Of a stretch of 64,000 nucleotides of DNA, positions 41,201-50,452 are shown in pieces. Every line of letters begins with the position of its first letter. Position 1 is the first letter of the stretch. The notes below the pieces were generated by a model. It saw only the letters and a list, made by a program, of their open reading frames with translations. It was not told where the DNA came from and did not search any database. Both the position numbers and the translations under genes were made by a program. The stretch lies in the IMG/VR virus record IMGVR_UViG_3300023172_000011, positions 54,643 through 118,642 of that record; one strand, 5' to 3'. The DNA comes from a virus.

Positions 41201-43165
41201 GTCTGAAGAAGAAGCGGCAGAAATGGCTGGGTGTGCTGTAAGGTATCCAGCGTCGTTAACTGCCTTTGGTGTTAGTGCTTTAGTTTCTGTAGAATCAATA
41301 GTATTAGTTAGTGTTGTTATGCCGGAACTCGAAGTAGTTGCTGTCAGGGCGTTGAAAGTCCTGTTAGAAGAAATATCTCCACCGCCAGATAATCCAGAGC
41401 CAGCAGTAAATGTAACAGATGTATGATCAATATGTTCGTTTGCCACAAAATTGTTCAAAGAATCATGATCTACGGCACCATAATCAACATCTATACTAAC
41501 ACTGCCGCCAAGAGTAACACTTCCACCATTTGACAATCCTGTGCCAGCAGTTATTGTTACTGACGAGTTTGCCAGTTGGTCATTGGCAACAGTACCTTGT
41601 AACAAACTTGTATCTACACCGCTAATATTAAACTCAGTACCAGATAGTAGTAATCCAGTTCCAGCCGAATATGTTGTATCTGTTACTGTTTCTGCGGCTG
41701 TCGCAATTCCAGTAACATGTCCATTACTATCCAACAAAATATCTTGGATATAAGTACGTCCAGAATTATCAGAAGAACTTGCTGCGGAAATACTTGGATG
41801 TGCAATTAGATATCCAGCGTCGTTAGTAAACATACTAACATTATCGCCAGATGTAGCTACTTGCTTGTTATCTACATATAGAATAGAATTACCGCTATCA
41901 TATACAAAATCTGAAACAGTTGTTACACCACCAGCATTAGTATCTGCGATATATGTAACAAAAGGGACGCCGCTTTGATTTAATGCTGTAACAGATTTTA
42001 AGTCGCCGCCAGATAATTTTCTTTTACCAATATTGACAAAAATACTGCCATTGCTTTCATGCGATACAACAACTCGTCCTAATGAAACACTATAGTAAGG
42101 AATGCCGGGATCAGCATTTACATATTCACCAGATGTAACCGATAAGAATAATTCATCACCGTCATTCATTCCGCCATTAGTATCAACGCCTCTCACCAAA
42201 CCAAAAGTAGAAATATATCCAAAAGAATTTGACTCAATTGTATGGGTTGCAAAACCGGCGACCTGTGAATTTTCTTCAGAATCTGCTGAAGCTAAGACAA
42301 TTGTTGGAGCGGCATTGCCATGTGATCCGTCAAGTCTAACTACAGAACCATTTGGTATATCATCTGGCGTTTCGTTTCTAACTCTTATGTATAATTCTTG
42401 CCCAATCTGCAAAGATACATCCGGCTCATCATTAAACATTGTGATAGTGTGGTTTTCACTATCGTAAAATAGTCTACCTTCTAAATGTGGAGGTTGTGAC
42501 CCATCTCCTAATAATGTCATGTCAAAAGTGTCAAAATAACCACTTGTAGCTGTTACATTTCCGCTGGTAAAAATAGAGTTAGTTGTATTTGACCCGCGAT
42601 CTGTTACTGTTTGTAAAGTATCACTTTCTGCCGTTAAATATCCAGCGTCATTATTCAATAAGCTAATATTATCTCCAGACTGTAATACAGTATTATCAAT
42701 ATTGAATTCTGTTCCAGATAATTCTAAGCCTGTGCCAGCAGTATATGTGCCTCCTCCTCCCCCTCCTCCAACTCCTGAGCCATTAAAGTATAAAGCTCCA
42801 CCTACATTATATAACCTATTTGTTGTAGATGATGGAGCACCCTGTGTTAAAGTTAGACCTCTATCAGAGTAGATTGTAACGCCACTGCCATACTTATTTA
42901 TTGAGATAAATCCACTAGCGTCGGCATCTATTAGTGGTAGTCCACTAATGTTAGAAACACTAAATATAGTGCCACTAGAGAGATTATCCGTAATTGAAAG
43001 TAATCTTCCTTGCGTGCCATCAAAAACTAAAGCAGTGCCAGAACCTGTTGCACTTTCATAGGAACTCAAAACATTCAATTCAATTGGCGTGTCGTCTGTT
43101 CCGCTGCCACGAAATAGTATTTGTGGCTCTCCACTGCCCGGAGTTATTCTAATGTCTTGGGTCAT
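38285..43165 (-). CDS. long modular fibre protein
   Basis: 1626 aa. Repeated 'YTAGTGL', 'EDTTPQLGG.LD.NG' and 'WGDH..AGYL' fibre motifs. C-terminal 'QDGTGTRTVTW..IKWPGG..PTLTT' domain. Confidence 0.85.
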   Translation of the reverse strand: MTQDIRITPGSGEPQILFRGSGTDDTPIELNVLSSYESATGSGTALVFDGTQGRLLSITDNLSSGTIFSVSNISGLPLIDADASGFISINKYGSGVTIYSDRGLTLTQGAPSSTTNRLYNVGGALYFNGSGVGGGGGGGTYTAGTGLELSGTEFNIDNTVLQSGDNISLLNNDAGYLTAESDTLQTVTDRGSNTTNSIFTSGNVTATSGYFDTFDMTLLGDGSQPPHLEGRLFYDSENHTITMFNDEPDVSLQIGQELYIRVRNETPDDIPNGSVVRLDGSHGNAAPTIVLASADSEENSQVAGFATHTIESNSFGYISTFGLVRGVDTNGGMNDGDELFLSVTSGEYVNADPGIPYYSVSLGRVVVSHESNGSIFVNIGKRKLSGGDLKSVTALNQSGVPFVTYIADTNAGGVTTVSDFVYDSGNSILYVDNKQVATSGDNVSMFTNDAGYLIAHPSISAASSSDNSGRTYIQDILLDSNGHVTGIATAAETVTDTTYSAGTGLLLSGTEFNISGVDTSLLQGTVANDQLANSSVTITAGTGLSNGGSVTLGGSVSIDVDYGAVDHDSLNNFVANEHIDHTSVTFTAGSGLSGGGDISSNRTFNALTATTSSSGITTLTNTIDSTETKALTPKAVNDAGYLTAHPAISAASSSDNSGRTYIQDILLDSNGHITGISTATETVVDTDTTYTAGTGLTLVGTEFNIDDTVVQSGDNISLLVNDSGYINTELNDLTANVTWADVPDANITESSVVQHSGAIRITESQIVDLQSYLTAHPSISAASSSDNSGRTYIQDILLDSNGHVTGITTATETVTDTDTTYTAGTGLTLNGTTFDANVNATVQTTAAESVTSTANRTYAIQVDGSDNLVVNVPWESGTGGGGGGGGGGDITAVYAGSGLSGGGTTGDVTLNALTATTSSSGITTLTNTINGDEDKALTPKAVNDAGYLTAHPSISAASSSDNSGRTYIQDILLDSNGHVTGIATATETVVDTDTTYTAGTGLTLVGTEFNIDNTVIQSGDNVSLLNNDAGYLIAHPSISAASSSDNSGRTYIQDILLDSNGHVTGIATATETVTDTDTTYTAGSGLQLNGTVFEALTATTSGSGITILTNTINSDQDKALTPKAVNDAGYLTAHPTISAASSSDNSGRTYIQDILLDSNGHVTGIATATETVTDTTYTAGTGITLNGTTFDINLVDGTTQTTAAESVTTTANRTYSIQRNASDQLVVNVPWESGAGGGGISNVVEDTTPQLGGTLDANGNIIDMGTYTITDAKVGQWDTAYGWGDHASAGYLTSETSHADVVVDGDFGSQGIMLRGASAGTYSILTDNSTNWNTAYGWGDHSTAGYLSNIVEDTTPQLGGDLDLNGNQILDAQCEASLSTNVALTAKGAASQSASFFEATDSSDTVVAKVYPTTDTSNFLLQKGAGDNVKITAKTVTPGTNGWAGVEIDSDGQAYVELDRGGTTDWADLALRTASVTKWRVGLQANQSRFAIYDYAAGNHVLYAPDNGTDVTTDRTWHFNKAAKGALNTESDGATVTFDLDEADTHTVTLGGNRTLALSNADVGQRFVIRLVQDGTGTRTVTWFSTIKWPGGLVPTLTTTGGKTDVFGFICTSAGNYDGFVIGYNL
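39605..41825 (-). repeat. six dispersed intragenic repeats (~60 aa, core ISAASSSDNSGRTYIQDILLDSNGH)
   Basis: Copies at about 39605-39790, 39895-40085, 40140-40335, 40670-40855, 41065-41255 and 41640-41825. Confidence 0.92.
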
Positions 43166-43176
43166 AATTCAAATCC

Positions 43177-43920
43177 CTATGTATATCTAGATTTTAATTC
43201 TGAATAACTTTTTAATATTTCACTATAAGTAAGCACTCTATCGTACAGTGAACATTGTGCAATTTTTCCATTAAATGGACATGCCGGATAAGTACTGCCA
43301 AATGTATATAACGATGTACCCAAAGACACCGCTGATGCACTGGACGAAAAGGCACCAAAGCTAGTCGAGGTTATAGTAGTTAATGATTCTTGAACACCGT
43401 TAATAAATATTTTAAAGTCACTATTTTGTCTTGTAGCAACTAAATGCGTCCATTCTGTATTCCAACTGTTCTGTATGGTATACACCCTATTTCTAACACT
43501 TCCCGCAATTAACAACGACCCTATTCTGCCAACATAACCAGAATCGTTAGAAAAATAAATTAACCCGCGAATATTATTATTGAGATAAATGTCAAATAGA
43601 GCTTGACATGTTGATGATGAACTGTTAAAAGTAGAGTTTAGCTTAAACCAAACAACAAGGCTTGCTGTATCAGACAATGTAGCGGCTAGCGATGTTGGTA
43701 AAGTAATATAGTCATTTGTGCCATCTAACGCAATCGCCCCTAACTTGTCATTACTAAAGGTTGCACCATTTACGAGAGTATTGGACTGATTGTTAATCAT
43801 GTCATTCCAGTTTGTGCCTGCTCCGGGATAACTGGTAATATTTCCCGCATCCAATGAGAATGCTAAACCATTCAATGGTATTTGGGGATGATATAACGTA
43901 TTACCAATAGTAAGTCCCAT
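43177..43920 (-). CDS. LamG/concanavalin A-like lectin domain virion protein
   Basis: 'LDAGNITSYPG.GT.W.D', 'DGTNDYI', 'WTHLVAT', 'FNGKIA...YDRVL'. Confidence 0.85.
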   Translation of the reverse strand: MGLTIGNTLYHPQIPLNGLAFSLDAGNITSYPGAGTNWNDMINNQSNTLVNGATFSNDKLGAIALDGTNDYITLPTSLAATLSDTASLVVWFKLNSTFNSSSSTCQALFDIYLNNNIRGLIYFSNDSGYVGRIGSLLIAGSVRNRVYTIQNSWNTEWTHLVATRQNSDFKIFINGVQESLTTITSTSFGAFSSSASAVSLGTSLYTFGSTYPACPFNGKIAQCSLYDRVLTYSEILKSYSELKSRYT

Positions 43921-44202
43921 TTAAGCTCCAAACATGTCCCGCGTCCATTCTGGTGTAGCCAGAATAGCATGAATTTCAGATAAAATAAGTAAGCCAGTAT
44001 GGCTTGGACAGTCTGTAATACAATTCGGGCAGCATTCACAATCTGCCGGATCATGATCACAAGTACAATCATACTTGACAAACGTTTTTGTTCCATCTAC
44101 ACTGTATCGTAATGTGTCGATAGATGTTTCACGCACTTTGCTAAAGTCTATCAAACTGGCATCATCGGATGATATAATTGAGAATCTTCTTTTTTCAAAC
44201 AT
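43921..44202 (-). CDS. small phage protein with Cys-rich insert
   Basis: 'IDFSKVRETSIDTLRYSVDGTKTFVKY...ILATPEWT' frame with a CTCDHDPADCECCPNCITDC insert. Confidence 0.6.
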   Translation of the reverse strand: MFEKRRFSIISSDDASLIDFSKVRETSIDTLRYSVDGTKTFVKYDCTCDHDPADCECCPNCITDCPSHTGLLILSEIHAILATPEWTRDMFGA

Positions 44203-45065
44203 TAATACTCAACCTCCAATTTTGGTACATCTTTTCTTTCAGCATAAACAATGTAAGAGCCGCAAAACTTCTTACTAAGCTCGACATACTTATTATTAGC
44301 TTTAATAACATATGGCTGTATAAAGTAAAATTTACTAGGGGTTAAGTGAACAGTAATACTATCTTCATTTACAAGATTGCACCAATATTCCGGAAGATCT
44401 ATTCTATTACAGTCTAACTTACCTCTGTAGTAAACTCCATTCTCTGGACCTTCAAGACAGGCGTATTGAAGTTTGCTACCTTCTTTTAATGGATGGTTAA
44501 TAAGAAAAGATTTTGTTGTGGCTGCAATATGACCACCAACGGTTAATGTGGTAGATCCACTATTCCAAGTAAATCCAGAATCAGAAGCTGGCTTATTATC
44601 TGATCCATAATATAAAATTTGATTGCTAGGACCAGATAAGGCAATTGGTGTTCCGTCAAAGTACAGTCCACCATTTAAATTATATAAAGCATTGGCTGTG
44701 GTTGGAGGTGTGCCAGATTCAATAATTATACCAGATGAGCCAACAATCACTTGATCATTAGCGTCTTGATAAACACTTCTTTCTGCCGGATATACTATAA
44801 AAACAAAACTCTGTCCGCTAAGATTTAGTTTAGCATTAGAGTTTGAGCTAGATAAAATTGTATCTCTAGTTAAGGTATCAGAAGAGTACGTTCCAATACC
44901 AACTTCCCATGCATCTTGATTGACAATGGTATAATATGTAGTATCACTATTAGATAGTGCTGAACTAAAAGATTGATAACCAGCTATAGCACCACGTAGC
45001 GTTATTGTACCAGTGCCAGTTGTCAATGACGATTCTTTGACACGATTGGCAAGTGTTAATGGCAT
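44202..45065 (-). CDS. short fibre/structural protein
   Basis: N-terminal 'RVKE...TGTGTITL.GA..GYQSF...WEVGIG'. C-terminal 'KSFLINHP...LQYACLEGPENGVYYRG...AERKD'. Confidence 0.7.
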   Translation of the reverse strand: MPLTLANRVKESSLTTGTGTITLRGAIAGYQSFSSALSNSDTTYYTIVNQDAWEVGIGTYSSDTLTRDTILSSSNSNAKLNLSGQSFVFIVYPAERSVYQDANDQVIVGSSGIIIESGTPPTTANALYNLNGGLYFDGTPIALSGPSNQILYYGSDNKPASDSGFTWNSGSTTLTVGGHIAATTKSFLINHPLKEGSKLQYACLEGPENGVYYRGKLDCNRIDLPEYWCNLVNEDSITVHLTPSKFYFIQPYVIKANNKYVELSKKFCGSYIVYAERKDVPKLEVEY

Positions 45066-45096
45066 TGGCTTGTATCCTATGGTGAATTCTTACAAC

Positions 45097-45134
45097 AAAA
45101 AAGGGGAGGAGGAGTAAAATACCCCCACTCCCCT
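45097..45134 (-). terminator. intrinsic terminator after the major capsid gene
   Basis: Minus strand AGGGGAGTGGGGGTA-TTT-TACTCCTCCTCCCCT followed by a T-run. Confidence 0.8.
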
Positions 45135-45155
45135 GAAACTCACAGAGTTAATTTC

Positions 45156-46166
45156 TCAGAAACTTCCAAGAACAACTCTACGATTGTCAAGAACACCAAA
45201 GCCAACCTCTGCGAATCCGTATAGACCGGAACGCTGCTGACGATGAAGTGCAGGATCTTCAAAGATTGTAACTTCCTGCTTGACAGGCATAACGAATGAA
45301 TCGTTAGCGGCTAGGTCAAGACCAACAACAAGTTCAACGTCTGAAGATGGGCCTAGAGTACCACTTAGGCTGTTTGAGTAGTAAGTTTGATACTCTTGAC
45401 CTTCGCCAAGTTCATCAATCGCGTGGAGGTTAACACCAAATACGCGAGAAACAGAACCGGCGGCGTCATTAGCGACATAAATCTCTCTACGAGATGTTTC
45501 GTCAAGCTGATCAATACCCCAGTTACGCATATCTTCAACACCTTCTGGTGAAAGATATAGGTCTGTAAGTTGACCACGCTTGATAGAAGCACTGTTACCG
45601 CCAGCATTACGACGCATAACAACCTTCAATAGAGAAACAAGACGCTTGGTGAATTGACCAGCAGCAGCATCAGCATCGTAAACAAGAATGTTACGGTCAA
45701 CGCCAGCGGCTAGAATGGTGTGCCATGCATCGTCATTCATCTTCTTGACGAAACCAGCTTCGAGGACTTGGGTTGCACGAGCAACAACGTCCCAACGAGC
45801 TTCACGAGCATAACGAAGAAGCCAATCAATAGAGTTGGCAATTGTGTAAGTCGGAACCATGACGTAATCGCCTTCGACGGTACGTTCAGGCACGCGACCA
45901 TGAGCAGGTGCAACGTAAGCCACAAAATCGGCTTCTTCACCCGGAGAAATTAGATCAAGTGGGAACTCTGTAGAGCTACCAGCAGGCATCGCAATTCTCT
46001 CATAAATATTGCTGGCAATATCGCCAACCATAATTCCTTCACGAAGAGGTAGCTCAATAGCCTTGGCTAATTCAGCCATAGCATTGCCAGCCTCTACGCG
46101 GTCAGTACTAGCTGTACGCTGAAGCAATTCAATGAATTCAGCATCTGGTTTGGTTAAAAATGACAT
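45156..46166 (-). CDS. major capsid protein (HK97 fold)
   Basis: 336 aa, after the protease and decoration genes. Strong AGGAG RBS, biased codons, followed by a terminator. Confidence 0.85.
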   Translation of the reverse strand: MSFLTKPDAEFIELLQRTASTDRVEAGNAMAELAKAIELPLREGIMVGDIASNIYERIAMPAGSSTEFPLDLISPGEEADFVAYVAPAHGRVPERTVEGDYVMVPTYTIANSIDWLLRYAREARWDVVARATQVLEAGFVKKMNDDAWHTILAAGVDRNILVYDADAAAGQFTKRLVSLLKVVMRRNAGGNSASIKRGQLTDLYLSPEGVEDMRNWGIDQLDETSRREIYVANDAAGSVSRVFGVNLHAIDELGEGQEYQTYYSNSLSGTLGPSSDVELVVGLDLAANDSFVMPVKQEVTIFEDPALHRQQRSGLYGFAEVGFGVLDNRRVVLGSF

Positions 46167-46193
46167 ATGTTTTTCTCCTAACTTTTAATTCAT

Positions 46194-46646
46194 TCAGGGA
46201 AGATTGACAGAAACTTTGGCATAACCATCCGCATCCTTTGTCGAAAGGAAACGGCCAATAGCAACAGCGGTGCCATCCTGAGTACCAGCAATCTTGCCGC
46301 TATCTGCGACATATGCCGTCTGACCAGCAGTTGGAGTGCCAGAAATTTGGTCAGTAACAACAAAGCCTTTGGTTAGGATAGTAACCTTTCCACCCTGCTG
46401 AACTTCGTCTTGATGCCAGTTAAGATGCTGACGAGTTTGGTCAATATTAACAACATCATTAAGAAGAATACCTAGAGGGGTTGCTCCAGATGCTTCCGCA
46501 GCGACAGTTGCAACGGCAGAAGAACTGTCCATTGCAGAGCCAGAACCTTGAGTGCTGATAGAAACAACAGCACCACGACTGGCAGTTTCGTTCATGAAGT
46601 ATGTTACTTCGGTATCTAATTCGTGACGATCACCTTTAAGAGCCAT
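46194..46646 (-). CDS. capsid decoration/cement protein
   Basis: 150 aa, between scaffold and MCP. Contains 'PLGILL..V' and 'PTAGQTAYV...G'. Confidence 0.7.
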   Translation of the reverse strand: MALKGDRHELDTEVTYFMNETASRGAVVSISTQGSGSAMDSSSAVATVAAEASGATPLGILLNDVVNIDQTRQHLNWHQDEVQQGGKVTILTKGFVVTDQISGTPTAGQTAYVADSGKIAGTQDGTAVAIGRFLSTKDADGYAKVSVNLP

Positions 46647-46661
46647 ATTTATTACTCCTAG

Positions 46662-48212
46662 TCATTTAAGATTTTTAGTAGAATTTAAAACTGATCCGCG
46701 AATCCATGAAGCTGCGGCAGCGATTGCCACATGCTTATTTTCTTCAAAAGATTCTGGATTTGCCAAAGTTGCTTCCGCAACTTCAGATACATCTTCTAGA
46801 ATAGAAGCATCAGCTTCTTCTTCATCTTCTTCTTCTTCATCTTCGTCTGCGGCTTCAACAAGTGGCTCTGGAGCAGGCTCTGGAGCAGGCTCTGGAGCAG
46901 GCGTAGGGCTATTGTGAATTAAAGCAACAACCGACTGGAACATTTCATCTGTAGCTTCTGCAAAGTCTTCAAGAACTTTTGCAGCAGCTTCTTCAGTTGC
47001 ACCAGCTTCGACCAAAGACGCCATACGCTTCATGCCTTTCATTTCTTTCATCATGCCAGCGTATTTCTCTTTCATACCTTTTAATTCTTCTTCTTTCTTT
47101 TCCATGTCTTGCTTCAAGGCTTCAGCTTCTTTTTCCATCTTTTCCTTGTCGCCATGCATGGTCGCAACAGAATCTTGCAATTCTTTGACCTTGGCTTCAA
47201 GAGACGCGATTAGCTGATCCTTTTCAGCAATGATGGACTCATTAGCAGCAGTAATCTCTGCCAATGCATCTTCATGCGTTTTTTCGATCTCAGATTTTTG
47301 AGCATCAAATCCGGCTTTAACGGATTCTAATTCAGCCTGCAAATCTTCAATCTGCTTGGTATTATCACTCATATTATGATTCTCCATAGCAGTTAAAAAA
47401 TTGTTAAAACTTATATTAGCCTTTGTATTAAAGGGATTAACTCCTTTACTAAAGATAACACTTCTCGGATTTGCAGGCTTGGCGACTAACCCTTTACCCG
47501 AAAAGTAGAAACCCTTCAAAAGCCTTCCCACTTTATAGCCTTGGTATTCTCCAGTTCCACCATAGGCTCTTAGATGCTTTGTCAAGAAAGAAGACTCTTC
47601 TGTTCTTGCCAAAACTCTATTTTCACTGTCCGGACCAACAATAGCATAATCAAAATCACTAAAGATACATTCCATTGAAACAGACCATTTTCCTTCGTCT
47701 ATTTCACTGGTCAATTCTTCAATTCTTTCTCTCATCTGCATGTCGGACCAAGTTTTATAAATAACAGCACTGGTTATAATATCAATTTTTTCCGGCAACT
47801 CACCAGTGTCTGATTGTTTTACGGGATTACCATCATGGTCTACAACCATAGATGCTGTAATATGTCCTATGATGTCCGTATCATCATGCATGTAGTTAAA
47901 TTGTTTGTTAACTGGAGTATCTCTAGCTTCCCACAATTCATCTACACCAAAAACATCATCGTTTTTATTCCATCCCGCCGATACCAAAACAGAATTTAGA
48001 TAATAAAGATCTTTCTGCTTGACTTCTTTATTTTCTTGAATAAAACTTTTTGCGGACTTTAGAGACTGTGCTACAATCTGGTCATAAATATTGATTGTAT
48101 ACAATGAAGTAGATTCTGGAGATAATATATCACACTCAAATGCGATGGAGTTACCTCCATCGATCATAGCTTGAGCTAAGTTATCATTCATTTCATGTAA
48201 GTATATTTTCAT
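46662..48212 (-). CDS. prohead protease fused to a scaffolding domain
   Basis: 'NKNDDVF', 'HDDTDIIGH', 'VSMEC', 'GLVAKPANP', then an acidic coiled coil with a PAPE x3 linker. Confidence 0.8.
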   Translation of the reverse strand: MKIYLHEMNDNLAQAMIDGGNSIAFECDILSPESTSLYTINIYDQIVAQSLKSAKSFIQENKEVKQKDLYYLNSVLVSAGWNKNDDVFGVDELWEARDTPVNKQFNYMHDDTDIIGHITASMVVDHDGNPVKQSDTGELPEKIDIITSAVIYKTWSDMQMRERIEELTSEIDEGKWSVSMECIFSDFDYAIVGPDSENRVLARTEESSFLTKHLRAYGGTGEYQGYKVGRLLKGFYFSGKGLVAKPANPRSVIFSKGVNPFNTKANISFNNFLTAMENHNMSDNTKQIEDLQAELESVKAGFDAQKSEIEKTHEDALAEITAANESIIAEKDQLIASLEAKVKELQDSVATMHGDKEKMEKEAEALKQDMEKKEEELKGMKEKYAGMMKEMKGMKRMASLVEAGATEEAAAKVLEDFAEATDEMFQSVVALIHNSPTPAPEPAPEPAPEPLVEAADEDEEEEDEEEADASILEDVSEVAEATLANPESFEENKHVAIAAAASWIRGSVLNSTKNLK

Positions 48213-48233
48213 ATTCTACCTTTCTACAGAAAG

Positions 48234-48260
48234 AATACGCCACAAAAAATAAATTAAGTT
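48234..48260 (-). promoter_or_regulatory. putative late promoter (AACTT-N13-TGGCGTATT)
   Basis: Same motif and spacing. About 22 nt before the protease ATG. Confidence 0.7.
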
Positions 48261-50371
48261 TGTTTTTCGTCAAAAAAATTCAACGAATAGCTTACATTAT
48301 TAATTTGACGTAGTTCATCAATAGATGGCGTTTTGTTAGTATTCTTTACCCATTCGGAATAAATTTCATTTTTGGCGTTCTCTTGGCTAGCAGTTAATTG
48401 AGGATTTTTCTCTAAAATAAATGCTATTTTCTCTGAATTAATTTCTTCATGTGGCTCAAGGCTGGATAAGATAGTAAACTTAATATCCTCTATTTCTAAT
48501 AGCTCAGCCTTGCTTAACTCTCTTAAATTTTTCTTTTTGTAATGAGCTAATAGAGCGGGATTGACAATATTAGCGATTTGCTTTTGTGCCTCATTAGCCC
48601 ATATCATAACAGTAGCCTGTCCCGGAGTTGTTTTTGGCAATACTCTTTTCTGCTTACGAGGCTCAGTATCTTTAGAGAATGGAGGCCGTCCGTTTTCTTT
48701 AACCTCTTTCTGCTGTTCCTGTGGAACCTGTGGTCCTTGAGGAGCAGGATTTTTAGGAGGCTCTACTTCTTTTGGCTTAGGAGTAAGATCAGTAACATCA
48801 TCAATTCCAATCTCGCCTTTTTGCAAAGCAATCTTTTTGTACTCAGAATCAAGATTGGCATTATGATAAGGACCGGCTTTTGGAGGCATAGCTTTTCTGT
48901 CTCGCTTCTTACGCTCGCCTTGAATACGTTTTTCTTCTATTGAGTTATCTTCGCCCAAACGCTCTCTAACAGTTTCGACAGAAATAATATCTTCCTCTAC
49001 TAACTTAATGAGTAAGTTCTTTTCAGCAACTTCATCAGATAAAAGCATTTGTTCAAAATGAATAGTGGCTGGCTGTGTGAAACCCATAGACTTCTGCACG
49101 TATTCTATTTCTTTTTGCCAAAACTGTGCAAGAAGATCTCTACCATATTCTAATCTCTCAATTAGTGTTTTAAGAGATATAAAGTTATTTGTAAATCCGC
49201 CACTCTGTCCAGCTAGTCCAGTTAGTGTTGGAGGAATACCAAGTCCAGCATAAATACTATTAAGAACTGGCTGATATTTCTCTGAGCCAAGAAACTTATA
49301 GATTTGAGTGTTACTTTCCTTGAAATCAATTTCTGGACCCCAAACAAGGTCCATAGTACCACCACCAACATTACTTGCTAAAATATTACGGAGCTTATCA
49401 ATAGCACTTCTATTTGGTAGAATCTTATGGTCAAGATTACCTAAACGCCATAAACGAATATTAGAAATAGCACCGTCAAGTGCGGACATATCTGCGAGCT
49501 TCATTTTCTCAAGCATGATAATGTCATCAATGATCGGATTAACCATTGGATTGGCCCATAGCTCCCAATCATCTTTCTTATAGTGAAAGATCTCTAAGTA
49601 TTCGCTATCTAGTTCAATATAAGGACTCTTATCTATTACTGCTTTCTTTAATGCTGGAGGTAATCCATCTATGTAAGTAGAGTTTTTTTCAAAAGACTTT
49701 CTTAACGAATTAGAAATCTTCATTTTATATTTTGGGGTTCCGCTAAAATTCGCAGCATAGCCACCTTCTATATCTATCTGCATAGGATTAAGGAAGTCAT
49801 ATCTAAACGGGATAGTCTTCTTAATCACGCGAGGTTTCTTATTTACAATAAGTTCATCTTGACCTTTAGACATTTCTCGCTGATTGCTACGGGTGACTTT
49901 TCCATATCTCTTGTAGATAATCACATTTCCACAACGATAAAGCATATTAAGAAATCGTTCAGATCTCTCAGTCCCCCCAATTTTATCCCACCATTTTCTA
50001 TAGAATCTTTCTATATTCTTATTTGGATGGTTAAGTTGAATTCCCTGTGATGCAAAATCTCCCATTAGATCAATTACATTTTTTACTATGCCAACTCTAT
50101 CATATGCCTTCATGCACATAGACATAGATTGTTTGAAATTATTTCCGGGTTCTTCAAATGGACGAAAGCGATAGTAATCATCTTTTAGAAAGTCAGGTCG
50201 AACAGAAATGTTTGGCTCGATATCAATATAAGAGCGACGACTAGCACTAGCACTCATAATGCCGTCATAACTGTTTACATTCCCGGCTGTATTTTCAAAA
50301 GCCTTTTGCTGATCTTCTGCTGATGTCCAGAAAATATAGGGAATTTGTTCTTCTGGTTTTTCTTTGGTCAT
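48254..50371 (-). CDS. portal protein
   Basis: Between terminase and protease. Contains 'VKNVIDLMGDF' and 'IYAGLGIP..L'. Start placed at MTKEK (AGGA RBS). Confidence 0.85.
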   Translation of the reverse strand: MTKEKPEEQIPYIFWTSAEDQQKAFENTAGNVNSYDGIMSASASRRSYIDIEPNISVRPDFLKDDYYRFRPFEEPGNNFKQSMSMCMKAYDRVGIVKNVIDLMGDFASQGIQLNHPNKNIERFYRKWWDKIGGTERSERFLNMLYRCGNVIIYKRYGKVTRSNQREMSKGQDELIVNKKPRVIKKTIPFRYDFLNPMQIDIEGGYAANFSGTPKYKMKISNSLRKSFEKNSTYIDGLPPALKKAVIDKSPYIELDSEYLEIFHYKKDDWELWANPMVNPIIDDIIMLEKMKLADMSALDGAISNIRLWRLGNLDHKILPNRSAIDKLRNILASNVGGGTMDLVWGPEIDFKESNTQIYKFLGSEKYQPVLNSIYAGLGIPPTLTGLAGQSGGFTNNFISLKTLIERLEYGRDLLAQFWQKEIEYVQKSMGFTQPATIHFEQMLLSDEVAEKNLLIKLVEEDIISVETVRERLGEDNSIEEKRIQGERKKRDRKAMPPKAGPYHNANLDSEYKKIALQKGEIGIDDVTDLTPKPKEVEPPKNPAPQGPQVPQEQQKEVKENGRPPFSKDTEPRKQKRVLPKTTPGQATVMIWANEAQKQIANIVNPALLAHYKKKNLRELSKAELLEIEDIKFTILSSLEPHEEINSEKIAFILEKNPQLTASQENAKNEIYSEWVKNTNKTPSIDELRQINNVSYSLNFFDEKQT

Positions 50372-50425
50372 ATCTGATTCCTGCAATCAAAATGTAATTC
50401 GAATGTAATTAGACTGTACGCTAAC

Positions 50426-50452
50426 TATACGCCATAGATCTCAATATAAGTT
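50426..50452 (-). promoter_or_regulatory. putative late promoter (AACTT-N13-TGGCGTATA)
   Basis: Same motif and spacing, upstream of the portal gene. Confidence 0.7.

Noticed and set aside
39605-41825. Fibre repeats as diversity-generating retroelement TR/VR pairs
   Set aside because: Differences are synonymous and not adenine-specific, all copies are coding, and no reverse transcriptase is in the window.
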